Assembly (NCBI GenBank): GCA_030167865.1
Contig: JALAGF010000485.1
Location: 1 to 64,000, forward strand
Length of the DNA: 64,000 nt
Source of the DNA: Craspedostauros australis
Lineage: Eukaryota
Reading direction: 5' to 3'
Shown here: piece by piece, positions 34,848 to 45,442 of the stretch
How positions within the stretch are numbered: the stretch's first letter is position 1
Layout: each line of letters opens with the position of its first letter
The notes under the pieces: generated by a model
Told to the model about the DNA's origin: nothing
The model's database searches: none
The model's input: the letters and a program-made list of their open reading frames with translations, nothing else
Translations under genes and position numbers: made by a program

Positions 34848-35984
34848 TCACTTGCGGCACTCGTACAACTGTCGATCCATGTATTGCATGAGTCCTTCAA
34901 CCCGATCGATCTGATGAAAGGAGATAGAATGGGGGGAACAGCACCCGCGTCCCGCTACAATGCCGTCCGGTGCAAATCGATGCACCCAAGTACGCGCATC
35001 CTGCCACTTCTCCAAGGTGTACATGTCGCGCGGTGAGAACATGTGGAACCGCTCTGCAGGATCACGCGTGGTGGAAACTTCGACGGTGCCGTTGGATTGT
35101 TCGTATGCCACCAGGGCCTGCGACAAGTCCTCGGGTGGTTTGGCTTTGGGGACGACGTCGAACGTGGAGGGATTGCGAATGCCGTCGATGAGCAGCTTCA
35201 GGTACGGTTTGTTGAAGACGTAGGAGGAGCCACCCGAAGGGAATCGGAATATGGTGGAAGCTGGGTCCCATTGGAACCGCTGCTGCATGCGACGGATGTA
35301 GTTGGCATCGCCGATGTCGCTCTTCATCTTGGACATGGGGATGCCGAAGTGTCGGCCGTAGATGAGTGGCTGGGATGTCATCGTTGCCGTACGCGTTTGC
35401 TGTGCGAGGAAGGACTTGAGGTTCTCCATGATGATGTAGGAATCATCATCGGCCTTGAGGAACCACTGCACGTCATCGTCATCATGATACGTCTCCCACA
35501 AGTGTTGCAACGTCTTCTGCAGCTTCTTCCACAGATTCTTCCACGTCGCCTTTGCGTCAATGGCGACGGCGCCGATGGCATCGTCTGTCACATTGGAAGC
35601 CACGAGGAGGTGATCGCATCGTTTGCCCCACGTGGAGAGGACGCTGCGGACCCGCGTGTCGTGATTGCCGGAGTGCGTCATGATGAAGCAGGCGATGCGG
35701 AGATCGTTGCTGGCCGTCGTGGGCTTTGCTACCTGAATCGCGTCCAGCACGACCTTGTTGCCCACAAAGTCATCGTTGCAGTCGAGCTGCTGGGTCTGCG
35801 TTGCTGCAACTGCGCCATTCCTTACCGGCGCATCAAGAGCAGCAAGGTCCGCACCAACCCGAAGTCTGTGCGCGATGACCAGCAGAGCAAGTGCGATCGT
35901 GAGCCTGCTGCACAGCGCCTTCGACCGGAAGATGCATGGCAAGTGCCATCTCCTCTGCCTCGAGAGATTCCTCCGCACGTTCAT
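34848..35984 (-). CDS. GT31 glycosyltransferase, core-1 beta-1,3-galactosyltransferase-like
   Basis: Type II TM helix, IACFIMT..TWGKRCD, WFLKADDDSYIIMENL (DxD motif), SGGSSYV, PEDL, CCSPHSISFH. Confidence 0.88.
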   Translation of the reverse strand: MNVRRNLSRQRRWHLPCIFRSKALCSRLTIALALLVIAHRLRVGADLAALDAPVRNGAVAATQTQQLDCNDDFVGNKVVLDAIQVAKPTTASNDLRIACFIMTHSGNHDTRVRSVLSTWGKRCDHLLVASNVTDDAIGAVAIDAKATWKNLWKKLQKTLQHLWETYHDDDDVQWFLKADDDSYIIMENLKSFLAQQTRTATMTSQPLIYGRHFGIPMSKMKSDIGDANYIRRMQQRFQWDPASTIFRFPSGGSSYVFNKPYLKLLIDGIRNPSTFDVVPKAKPPEDLSQALVAYEQSNGTVEVSTTRDPAERFHMFSPRDMYTLEKWQDARTWVHRFAPDGIVAGRGCCSPHSISFHQIDRVEGLMQYMDRQLYECRK

Positions 35985-36644
35985 GTCATCGCCGCATGCG
36001 TCGCATACTCTTGCTGGAGCTTTGCCGTTAATGCATGGAGATGGCGTACGTCTATTGGTGAGTTTGCGATGCAGTCACCGTGCCACCATCATCGTGGATG
36101 TTTGCACCACGTCCACGCTGTCGTTGTCGTGAAGGGTTTCCACCGTGATCGATCGCGATCCCGGATTTGAGAATGTCCTTCGACGAGTATCCATGACTGG
36201 AATTGAGTTGGTTCCATCCATCGTTGACCACTTCGATCTCCGATCCTCGTGACGTCACGGCTTCGTGTTGATTCACTGCCGTGGCATGATTCGCGAATTC
36301 GAATGAATCGTTTGTGAATCCGTCCGCCACCAGCATCCACGTCCGCGTACTGCACAAAGCGAAGAAGGACGACGCGCAGAAAAATGATGTGTTCAAATGA
36401 ATTCAAACGACGTCTCTGTGGTTCATGGCGATTTGTCGCTGCTGTCCGCGAAGCGCGTTGGTGGGCTCTCGTTTGTCGGAGGCAGAGAGCAACGCGCACT
36501 GCAATCGTGAACAGCGAAAGAGTGAAGTAACGAAGGATTCCCGAACCGAAGCAAAAGAGAAAAAACGGCCGCACAGGATCACATCCCCCCCACAGAGCAC
36601 GAGCAGTTGCCACACCAGCCGCCAAACCACAGCAAACAAACAAC

Positions 36645-38283
36645 ATGAGATTCATCCGTGCCTGTTCGTTGTTGGCCGTCATCCCAGCAGCCACAGCCTT
36701 CGTCGTCGTCGAAGGAACCGCAAGTCCCATAACTTCTTCCTCCTCATCTCCAGCATCCTCCACCTCCCTCAACATCGTCTCTGACCCAACCAACAATCTC
36801 ATCATCAGTAAGTCAAGCTGAATCAAACGGAGTGGAGTGGAGCCAACTCAACACTCATCGCAGCGGAGTTCGGTGCAACGAAATGAAATGAAATGAGGCG
36901 CAACGCAACGCATCAAGATCGAAGGCGTTGCAGACTGTTTGCATTCGAGAACTGTCTAGCAGTTACTGCGGCGCCTCCTGTTGGAAACAATATCGACAAT
37001 GGCGCCGGCAGAAGTTCCCCGCTTGTTTCATTCGCACCTCGTCGGCGTTGCGGACTGTTGGTCACAGCTCCTGCAAGGATTCTGTTCATACCGTCTTCAT
37101 GTCCTTCCATCGAATCAGAGCACTCATTCATGTTTTCTTTCGTTTCGTTCCAACTCTTCTATCGACCCTCCTGCAAATGGAAATGTACTTGCAATCGTAA
37201 TTCGCAGTGGAAGACACACACGAATCCGTCACCAAGTACTACGGCAAGGAACTCCAGACTTCCGACGACCTCAAGACCAACGCCTGCTGCACCGCCGGAG
37301 CACCACCAAAGTACATCCGCGATGCCATCGGCAAGATCCACAACGAGGTCGTCTCGAAGTACTACGGCTGCGGTCTCTGCCTGCCACAGTACGACCTGGA
37401 AGGCGCCAACATGCTCGATCTGGGCTGCGGTGCCGGCCGCGACGTCTACATCGCCTCGCAGCTGGTCGGAGCCAAGGGCAAGGTCGTCGGCGTCGACATG
37501 ACAGATGAACAGCTCAATGTGGCGCGCAAGCACCAGGATTACCACGCCGAGAAGTTCGGATTCTCCAACGTCGAGTTCAAGAAGGGATATCTCGAGAAGC
37601 TCAAGGATCTCGACCTCGAGGCCGAGTCCTTCGATGTCATCATCTCCAACTGCGTCATCAACCTCTGCACGGATAAGGAGGCAGTCCTCGAGGAGTGCCT
37701 GCGCCTTCTCAAGCCAGGCGGCGAGCTCTACTTCTCCGATGTCTACGCCAACCGTCGCGTGCCAATGCATCTGCAGAAGAACGAGGTGTTGTGGGGCGAG
37801 TGCCTCAGCGGCGCCCTCTACTGGAACGACTTCGAGAACATGTCCCGCAAGATTGGCTTCGCCGATCCTCGTCTCGTGGAGGACGCACCAATCACCGTCC
37901 AGAATGCTGAGGTCGAACGTTGCATCTCCGAATCCGGCTGCGAAAAGTTGAAGTTCTACTCCGCCACCTACCGTCTCTGGAAGCTCCCATTGGAGCCACA
38001 CTGCGAGGACTACGGTCAGGCCGTCATCTACAAGGGCACCCTGCCACGATACCCATCCGGCTGGCTCCTCGACAAGCACCACTTCTTCGAGAACGGAAAG
38101 ATCCATCCCGTCTGCGGCAACACGTACCGCATGTTGGCCGACACGCGATTGAAGGAGCACTTCGAGTTCATTGGTAACTGGGACAACCATTACGGAATCT
38201 TCGAGGGCTGCGGCTCCTCCCTCCCATACGACACCGAGGAGGCCAGCAGCGGCAAGGGCGCCTCCACCGGTGGATGCTGCTAA
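36645..38283 (+). CDS. arsM: Arsenite methyltransferase (ArsM/AS3MT family) with a presequence exon, 2 exons
   Basis: Exon 36645-36807 (54 codons + A) and exon 37208-38283, joined by a GTAAGT...GCAG phase-1 intron. YYGKELQTSDDLKTNACC, YYGCG, SAM motif LDLGCGAGRD, ISNCVINL, WGECLSGAL, C-terminal GCC. Confidence 0.92.
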
Positions 38284-38581
38284 ACAGTCGACAGTTCTGT
38301 ACGCGGCACGCAATCGTAGAGTTGAGCAATCTATTCTAACAACGCCATTTCAACACTTTCCAACAATTGCTGTGCGTTGCTTTTGACAGGAGTCATGGTT
38401 CTTCTTCGGCGCGTTGTGCTAATCGCATGTTGTAAGTCGTATGATAATTTATTGTGTTTTATTGCTTTTATGTATTCACCAAAACGTTGCTCTTTACTCT
38501 ACTTCATATTCATTCTCTCTTTCTCTATCACGCTGACACGGACACAGCATAATCTATTGCATGGCATGACGTTGCATGACA

Positions 38582-39886
38582 TTACTTCTTCAATGGATGT
38601 TCCTTGGAGGTTTCTGATCCGGTCAGCGATGCAAAGATCTCACGCTGCGATCGGAGCAGATCATCCATGATGTTCGAGTTGGAGGAATCGAAGCTGTTGG
38701 TCATTGCCATGATGGAGGTCGACGACCGTCGCTTCCTGTGCTTGCTGGCGGCCCTCGAGGTGCCTGGCACCAGCGCCGACTTCGATCGGGACGGCTTGGT
38801 GGCGCGACGGGAGCGGCGGGTGGGCGAGCTGCTGCTGGTTGATGCTGCCGCCACGGTCGTGGTGGACTGCTTCTGTCTCTTCCACGATGCCACCTTGGTG
38901 CGCAGAGCATGGCTCACCTTGTCGCGCGCCGTGACGTTCGGGATCTCCGTCCACATGCCCTCCTTGTACTTGAGGAATCGTCCTCCCGATTCGGAAATGC
39001 AGGCGACGATCTCCTTCGTCAGCGACATCTTCTCCTGCTTTGTGGTGGCCGTCTTGTACGTGGGTGCGTAAATGTCGAGCACGACCTGAAAGCGGCGGTT
39101 GCCGGTGTGGTTGGCGCATATCCGCGATTGTCCACACAGGACGTCGAACTTCTCGGGGATCTCGACCGAGACAGGTCCCTGTGATTCGACTGCCATCGTG
39201 GTTGTGGCGGTTGCGGTGGTTGTTGCGGAGGCGACGGAGGAGGCATCTTCGTTCTTGCAGTCCTTTGTTGCGACTGGCTTGTTGTCGCTCGCGATGTCGC
39301 TGATCGCGGTGGAGGCTCTTCGCTTGCTGTCGCTCGCGTCGCTGTCCTGGACTGGAGTTTCTGGTGCTTGCTTCTCGCTGTCATGCATCTGCTGTTCCGT
39401 GGCGCTGGCGCCTGCTTCATCGGAATCTTCCTTGCCCACACTGACCTCCATTGGCTTGGTGTCCTGCTTCGTGGCGGCCGGTGGTGTGACGGCAGCTGCT
39501 GTGGTCGGTGCTGTCTCTGCTGCGAGGTCATCCATGAAGAACTCGTTGGACTTCACGGGAGTCACGATGGGGAGCACCTCATCCCCCATCAGCGGTTGTT
39601 CGTCAATCAGTCTGAAGCTTTCGTCGTCGTCATGGAGGCTTGGCAGGGATTCATGATGATGATCATGGTCGTGGGAGTGATGGTCGTCGACGGTCTCGGT
39701 TCCAATGTCAAGGTCCTTGGCATCCAGTGCCTTGAGCAGCATGTGTTCATGGTAGTCGTTGTCATCCATCATGTGTACTTCGGCTGGCAGGGACGAGATG
39801 GGTTGAATCATGTCGGATCGGTAGTTTTCGCGGTGGTTCTCGAAGCCGTTTGGAATTGTATCGTACCAAAATTTATGAGCTGTCAT
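38582..39886 (-). CDS. DUF6824-domain protein (diatom-expanded family)
   Basis: DVLCGQS...HTGNRRF...KQEKMSLTKEIV...GGRFLK...W...ARDKVSHALR within low-complexity flanks. Confidence 0.85.
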   Translation of the reverse strand: MTAHKFWYDTIPNGFENHRENYRSDMIQPISSLPAEVHMMDDNDYHEHMLLKALDAKDLDIGTETVDDHHSHDHDHHHESLPSLHDDDESFRLIDEQPLMGDEVLPIVTPVKSNEFFMDDLAAETAPTTAAAVTPPAATKQDTKPMEVSVGKEDSDEAGASATEQQMHDSEKQAPETPVQDSDASDSKRRASTAISDIASDNKPVATKDCKNEDASSVASATTTATATTTMAVESQGPVSVEIPEKFDVLCGQSRICANHTGNRRFQVVLDIYAPTYKTATTKQEKMSLTKEIVACISESGGRFLKYKEGMWTEIPNVTARDKVSHALRTKVASWKRQKQSTTTVAAASTSSSSPTRRSRRATKPSRSKSALVPGTSRAASKHRKRRSSTSIMAMTNSFDSSNSNIMDDLLRSQREIFASLTGSETSKEHPLKK

Positions 39887-42105
39887 GATTGCGATTGTGA
39901 TGTTGATTGTGGTTTGTCGGTGTCGATGTTGGTGTGGGACGATGGAGGTGCTGTCGTGTTTGTTGGGGGCGTGGTTGTTGATGCTCTTCTTGATGGGCAC
40001 TCGTGTTTTGACCGTTTTGTTTGTCGTGGAAGTTTATTTTGTGGGAGACGATTCGCTGAATGTCTTCGTCCGGTCTTTCTTTGGCTGTGTCTTGAGAGGT
40101 GGAGTGGTGTTGTTTGATGTTGATGATGTGATGGACTTGCGTCTTTGGCTTTGGAGGGCGGGCCAGATTCTCGTCAAGCTTGTCGGAGTTGATCACTGCT
40201 TTGGTTGTGGTTGTGGTTGTGTTGGTCTTTTGTTGACTTTCAAAATGTGAGCAGATGAACACGTCTCAATGGAGGCCAGTTCCGTGTTGCTCTGTGGCTG
40301 TGTCATGAGAGGTCCCGAAAAGAGCGCTACCGTTTTGCACACGCAAACAACGCCGACAACTGTTCGTTTGTCTGATGGTTTGTATGTGCGGTACACTTCA
40401 CGAATCAATTTCGGGATTGTCTTGGTTCGTGAAGTTACAACATGTGCAACGAGCGTGCCGTCTTCGGTGCACCAACTCGTGATTAGAGTTTCGTGTTCGT
40501 CAAACATGACTGATGCAGTCTCGAAACAGGGAAAACCACGGATTTTGTGACCAAGTTCAGCTTCCGCACAATTGTCCATTGCACATGGATCATCTTGTCG
40601 CATGGACAACATCATGGACAGACCTCCATTCGTGTGGATTGTGAAGCATCATAGTAGGTGCCGCCTCACATGGAACGCTGCTATATATCGATGTCGCAGG
40701 CGAAGTCCCAGGACGGGTGATGATACTAATTTTGAGCCACGCTTTGCCTGGTAACGCAATCAGCGAAGGCTGATGAGAAAGGTGAAAGGAGGTGCGGTGA
40801 CTATGTTCACTTTTTGCACGGATCTGGAGACTATTGCGCGGTCACTGGCCATGCACCATGATGACAAGCAGCCATGCAGCAAAAGAAGTGAGGTGAGCTA
40901 ACCTCACCGCGGTTCGCGAGGCGCATGCTCCGAGCTCCGGCAACGGAAAATATTTCTGTTGGGCGGGTCAGAAGCGTGCAAACTCTTGATCTTCGTGCAT
41001 CGCCACCATGCCGTGACATGTCATGCCACACCACATGATGCCAAGTTCCACATCGACGAATCTGTGATGCGGATGGCGGTTTTCACTTCCACACAAAGTG
41101 TGATCGGATGAGATGGAAATCAATACTAGTAAGACGCTTCCCATCTTTGTTCAGTCAGTTGAATCGACTTGGTTTTGGTTGAGCTGATTGCACTGGCCAT
41201 GGATGGGCGAAGACGGCAGAGGAGAGCTCGAACCTGGACAGATGATCCCTTCACGTCTCATCTTTGCAACGTGGATGCTGTCATTTGTTCTTCATTGCTC
41301 CGTTTTCACTTGGATGCAGTTGACACAGCATGTAATGGAATGGAGCGGCAGGGGATGTGTCATGTCGCATCATCGCCAACTTCCTTCCTTCCTTCCTTCC
41401 GACCGATCCATCCTTCCACTCTTCCACCAGCCAACAGTTGATCTCTTCAGACGCGGCAGATGTTCCGTTGCTTCTGACATGGCAGGAATACGCCTGGACG
41501 TGCGCACAGCCCTGATGCACTTGCTATGATCATGTCCGATCGTTACATCGCCAGGCCGTCGGTATTTGACACGATTCCCCTGCAGGCATGCTCGAACTCG
41601 CACCCCGTACCTGTACAAGTAAAGGGGTACTTCTCCACTCCATGCCATAGCGTACGCACCGCGGCATAGCATCATGCGCTTGCGGATTGCGGATGTGGCA
41701 GTTCAGGAAACGGAAGTTGCCTTGTCGTGCTTCTGGATGGATGCGCTTTGGCTTGTTTGACTCTTCTTCTCATCTGTTCATTCAATGCGCTGATGCTTCG
41801 ATTCTCATTGAAGCTTTATCGAGGATAGTACTTGGAGACGTGCCGCTGGAGGGCGAACATGTTGTGAACACGCCTTGGACATTCATGAACACGCTTTGGA
41901 CATTCCTGGCCTCTCCAAGTCAATCGCTTGTTGACCCTTGTGATGGTAACTCGCTCACTCACTCACTCACTCACTGAGGCTCTCACTCTCTCCTTCGCTG
42001 CTTCGTCCGTCCACTCGTCTCTTCTGCTGGTATCACTCATCCACTTTCCTCCTTATCGGCTGCATCATACATACATCCATCCCTTCCACGTATGCATGCA
42101 AATGC

Positions 42106-43434
42106 TCAAGCCATCGCCTCTACATCGCAACACCCGACATCTCCAACACCGGCCAACAATCTGCCAAACTGGTCCACCCCGTACGCGTCCACAAAGTCAC
42201 TGACCCATCCGCAGATGGTCCCATCGACACCGTCCCGAATCGTCCCGTACTCTGCGAACCGCTGCGGATTGCGTTGCTTCATGCCATCCCGAGCATCCTT
42301 GCGGAAGGAGTACTGCTGCCACGTTCCGACGTAATGATGCACCACGAAAGGTGAGTCCTTGTTTTGGACGTACAACCCACGCTGCGGACACTCCGAACGC
42401 ACGGGGCGATGTGCATCGGTGTCCTGTCGTGAGAAGTTGGCGATGCTTCGGACGTTGATGATCGATTTGGGATTGCGGTTTTGCTTGCGGTTGTGGAGAT
42501 CGGCGCGATAGTTCCAACGTAACGTTTGGAATTGCTTGGGATGCAGAGGAAGCGGTAGATCAACGTCGTTGCACTGTGATAACGCGTCGGTGCCATTGGT
42601 TTCATGGTTGCCGAATCGAAGTCTCGGCATCATGATGCATTTCGTATTGATCTCGCTGTTGATGTCGCGCGGTTCTGCTGCATGCGACGCATCGCTGCGA
42701 TACAATCCATAAGGATCCTGCTGAATGACATCCAGCACCGTCATGGACCGTCGCGCAAATGTCGGTGGCAACTCCGAAACCCGCTGATAATTGGTATTGA
42801 TGTGCAGGTACTCATCGCTGTCAATGATGCTGGTCCAGGATCGGCCCGCATCGCGCAGGGCCTCCATGCAGGCCGGGTAGAAATGCCGCTGACGTTCACG
42901 ATGCCGGATGAACTTGTCCTTGCCGTCGTTCTCGTGGACGGGTCGGTTGTTCCATTCGTCGGGCATGAAGTCGGTGTCGTTCCATGTGACGACGGTGATG
43001 CGATCCTTCCATCGCTCGAGGACGGGATGCGGCGACGTTCGCGATCGTGGATCGATGGCGACGATGAGGTACCGCAGCGGCAGGATCATGTAATGGTACG
43101 CCAACCATTCGATGAGGAAGTGGTTGTCGTCCATGACGAGGAGGCAGGCACTGAAGGTGGAGTCGTTGTCATCGCGCGTCGGAAGCGAGGGTTTCGCTTC
43201 GTGCGTTTGGTGTCGCGGCATCCGTTGCAGTTCCAAGGGATGGTGCGGCTGCCCCTGCACGTGACGGAAGCCCAAGATCAGCTGGTGCAAGGTGACAGCA
43301 AAGATACCCACAGTCAACAAGCACATGGCCTTCCCGAATCGCGTGGCGTGCAGTCGTTGATGCGAACGCGAAGGATCCCTGCGATGCTGCTGCTGTCCGC
43401 GACCAACGCGGATGGCAGAGAACGGCGACGTCAT
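42106..43434 (-). CDS. GT-A fold glycosyltransferase (GT92/GT2-like), type II membrane
   Basis: N-terminal TM helix, FSACLLVMDDNHFLIEWLAYHY, WTSIIDSDEY (DxD), KSII, VHHYVGTWQQY. Confidence 0.82.
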   Translation of the reverse strand: MTSPFSAIRVGRGQQQHRRDPSRSHQRLHATRFGKAMCLLTVGIFAVTLHQLILGFRHVQGQPHHPLELQRMPRHQTHEAKPSLPTRDDNDSTFSACLLVMDDNHFLIEWLAYHYMILPLRYLIVAIDPRSRTSPHPVLERWKDRITVVTWNDTDFMPDEWNNRPVHENDGKDKFIRHRERQRHFYPACMEALRDAGRSWTSIIDSDEYLHINTNYQRVSELPPTFARRSMTVLDVIQQDPYGLYRSDASHAAEPRDINSEINTKCIMMPRLRFGNHETNGTDALSQCNDVDLPLPLHPKQFQTLRWNYRADLHNRKQNRNPKSIINVRSIANFSRQDTDAHRPVRSECPQRGLYVQNKDSPFVVHHYVGTWQQYSFRKDARDGMKQRNPQRFAEYGTIRDGVDGTICGWVSDFVDAYGVDQFGRLLAGVGDVGCCDVEAMA

Positions 43435-44888
43435 TGCTCAGCGCATCTTGCGACGATCGCAGGTGGGCGATTGAAGGTGTCGTGCGAATAGTTGGACGGG
43501 ACGGTGATGTCGGCGACGATGGTGGCGGTTGACTTCTCTTCCTCGTCCTTTCTCGTATTTTCGCCTCCTCTTCCTTTGTTGTGCACACATCACGCGCGGA
43601 GCATCGTGTTGCGTTTGATGCCGTGTTTGTGTTCGTCTCCTTGGCGGTATTGGTGATTCGTGGAGGCAGATTTTGGTCTTGCTTGTGTCGAAATGTGTGA
43701 CATCAGTAATTCCCGATTGTACGGGACTAAACCAGAATAGAGTACAGAAACAACAAATACCCCCCTATCGTCAACGTGGCAAGCGCATGATCGATCACTC
43801 CTGAGCGTTACAGGAGCACGTTACTTTTAGGACTACGGGGAATTTCGACATGCTTGAAGTTGCCCTTGCATTCGAATTAGTCCAATCGTGGAAGCGGACG
43901 TTGCCGATTTGCGTTTGTCAGACCCATCCCGGTATTGAACACAAACACGTTTGGGGAAACCAAATGATCGCACGACTCAGTCTTGGATTGTTCCCAAAAC
44001 AAGAGATGGTCGATCGAGTCGAAACTTGTGTTCCTGTATCGATACGCACAAGACGTCGCAGCGACAAATCGGGCTGGGATACTTGGCGAAACGGTCATCG
44101 TCATGAGAAAATGACTGATCTTTTCGCAAAAGCCACTCACAGATTTGGCAGCGAAAGCGCTGCGGCCAATTTATCACACGTTTTGTGCCTGTTGTCGTTG
44201 TGTTGTGTTGTGTTGGCGCGATTGTGTGCACGACGCAGCATCGCCTTCTGGGATGATAAATTCGAATGACCACGAAATCTGGAACGAGGCGAAGGGATCA
44301 TACGGCGTTTTGGCGCTCTTTCTCGTGCGCAAGGCGTTGTTCCCGTTGTCGTGGGTGGGTGGAGTGTTTGGACTGTTCTTTCTTGGTCTTGTGGTGCTGT
44401 TTCCTTGTGTCTTTACGATCAGATCAGGTCTTCGGGGCAACAACGAAGCCAAGGGGAATAGAAGAGGAGGAATCAAGGAGGAAAGGAGAGAGTGGGAGGG
44501 GACACCGCTCAACCCCGAGAGAGAGACAAAGACGCAGACGGCAGCAGTTTGGCGAATCGCTGCATCACGGAAAGGAGCAGAGAGGGCCTTGGATGCGAAG
44601 ATTTGGTTGTGGGAGATCCAAACGCGCCAATCCTGCACTCTTGCTGGCACCATCAACATCCAAGGTGCGATCAGCGAACAACCCTGCGTACCGCGGGAGG
44701 CATAAGGGCAGATTGGAGTGTGTGGGGAGGCACTGACCGAGTAATGCATACACGCAGAGTACCAATACTGATAGAGCAGAGCAGAGCAGAGAGCAGAGCA
44801 GACCGATAGAGCATCGAGATCAGGAGCGAGTCCAAAGGCAGCCAACCAAGGAAGACAGAACACGACGAGAGGCATCCTCTGTCCCCCA

Positions 44889-44945
44889 ACGATAGTCGTA
44901 CGATAGTCGTACGATACCAGTACAATACCAGTACGATACAAGACG
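44889..44945. repeat. Degenerate 11-bp tandem repeat
   Basis: ACGATAGTCGT x2, ACGATACCAGT, ACAATACCAGT, ACGATACAAGA. Confidence 0.75.
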
Positions 44946-45442
44946 ATACTATTATAATACGTACGACCTGCAAGTCAGCGCGACAGGAGACGCTGGGGCT
45001 GCGGTTCCGAAGCGACATCAAGCAGCAACGGACGAGAACCGTCGTTTGCCACCTTCGTGGGTCCTTCTGTTTGATCTGGTGCTCGCGGATTTGGCTGAGT
45101 TGAGTTCGACTGCACACGCAAGCTCCACAACAAAAGCAAAAGCAAAAGCAACCAAGGGAGGGGGAAACTGAAAGAGCAGGGAGCGCAAGTGCCTTCTGGA
45201 ACTTCAATTGATCGGTCATCGGAGCTGAAGCAGACCATCAGTCTGGCAACTAACTCTCTGGAGAGGAATTGAATTGGCTTGTTCGCAATCTCCAGTTCAG
45301 CATCTCCAATTCAGCAGCGGTGAGTGACTCACATAAAAGTTCATCGACGCATACATCAGCGCATACATCAGCATCAGCACATACATCAGCACAAACACAA
45401 CCACAAACAACGGCATACCCGCAGACAGAACACGAGTACGCT

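Noticed and set aside
37270..37300. Possible selenoprotein form of the methyltransferase
   Set aside because: The CC motif uses TGC codons and the gene has no in-frame TGA.
40760..40795. CTGATGAG...GAAA resembling a hammerhead ribozyme core
   Set aside because: There is no real stem II and no local stem I/III partner with an NUH cleavage site.
44145..44941. Overlapping ORFs of 150-255 aa upstream of the TPR gene
   Set aside because: Low-complexity, repeat-derived translations with no codon bias or motifs.
44889..44945. Short repeats as a possible CRISPR-like array
   Set aside because: They are contiguous tandem units without spacers, in a eukaryotic context with no cas genes.
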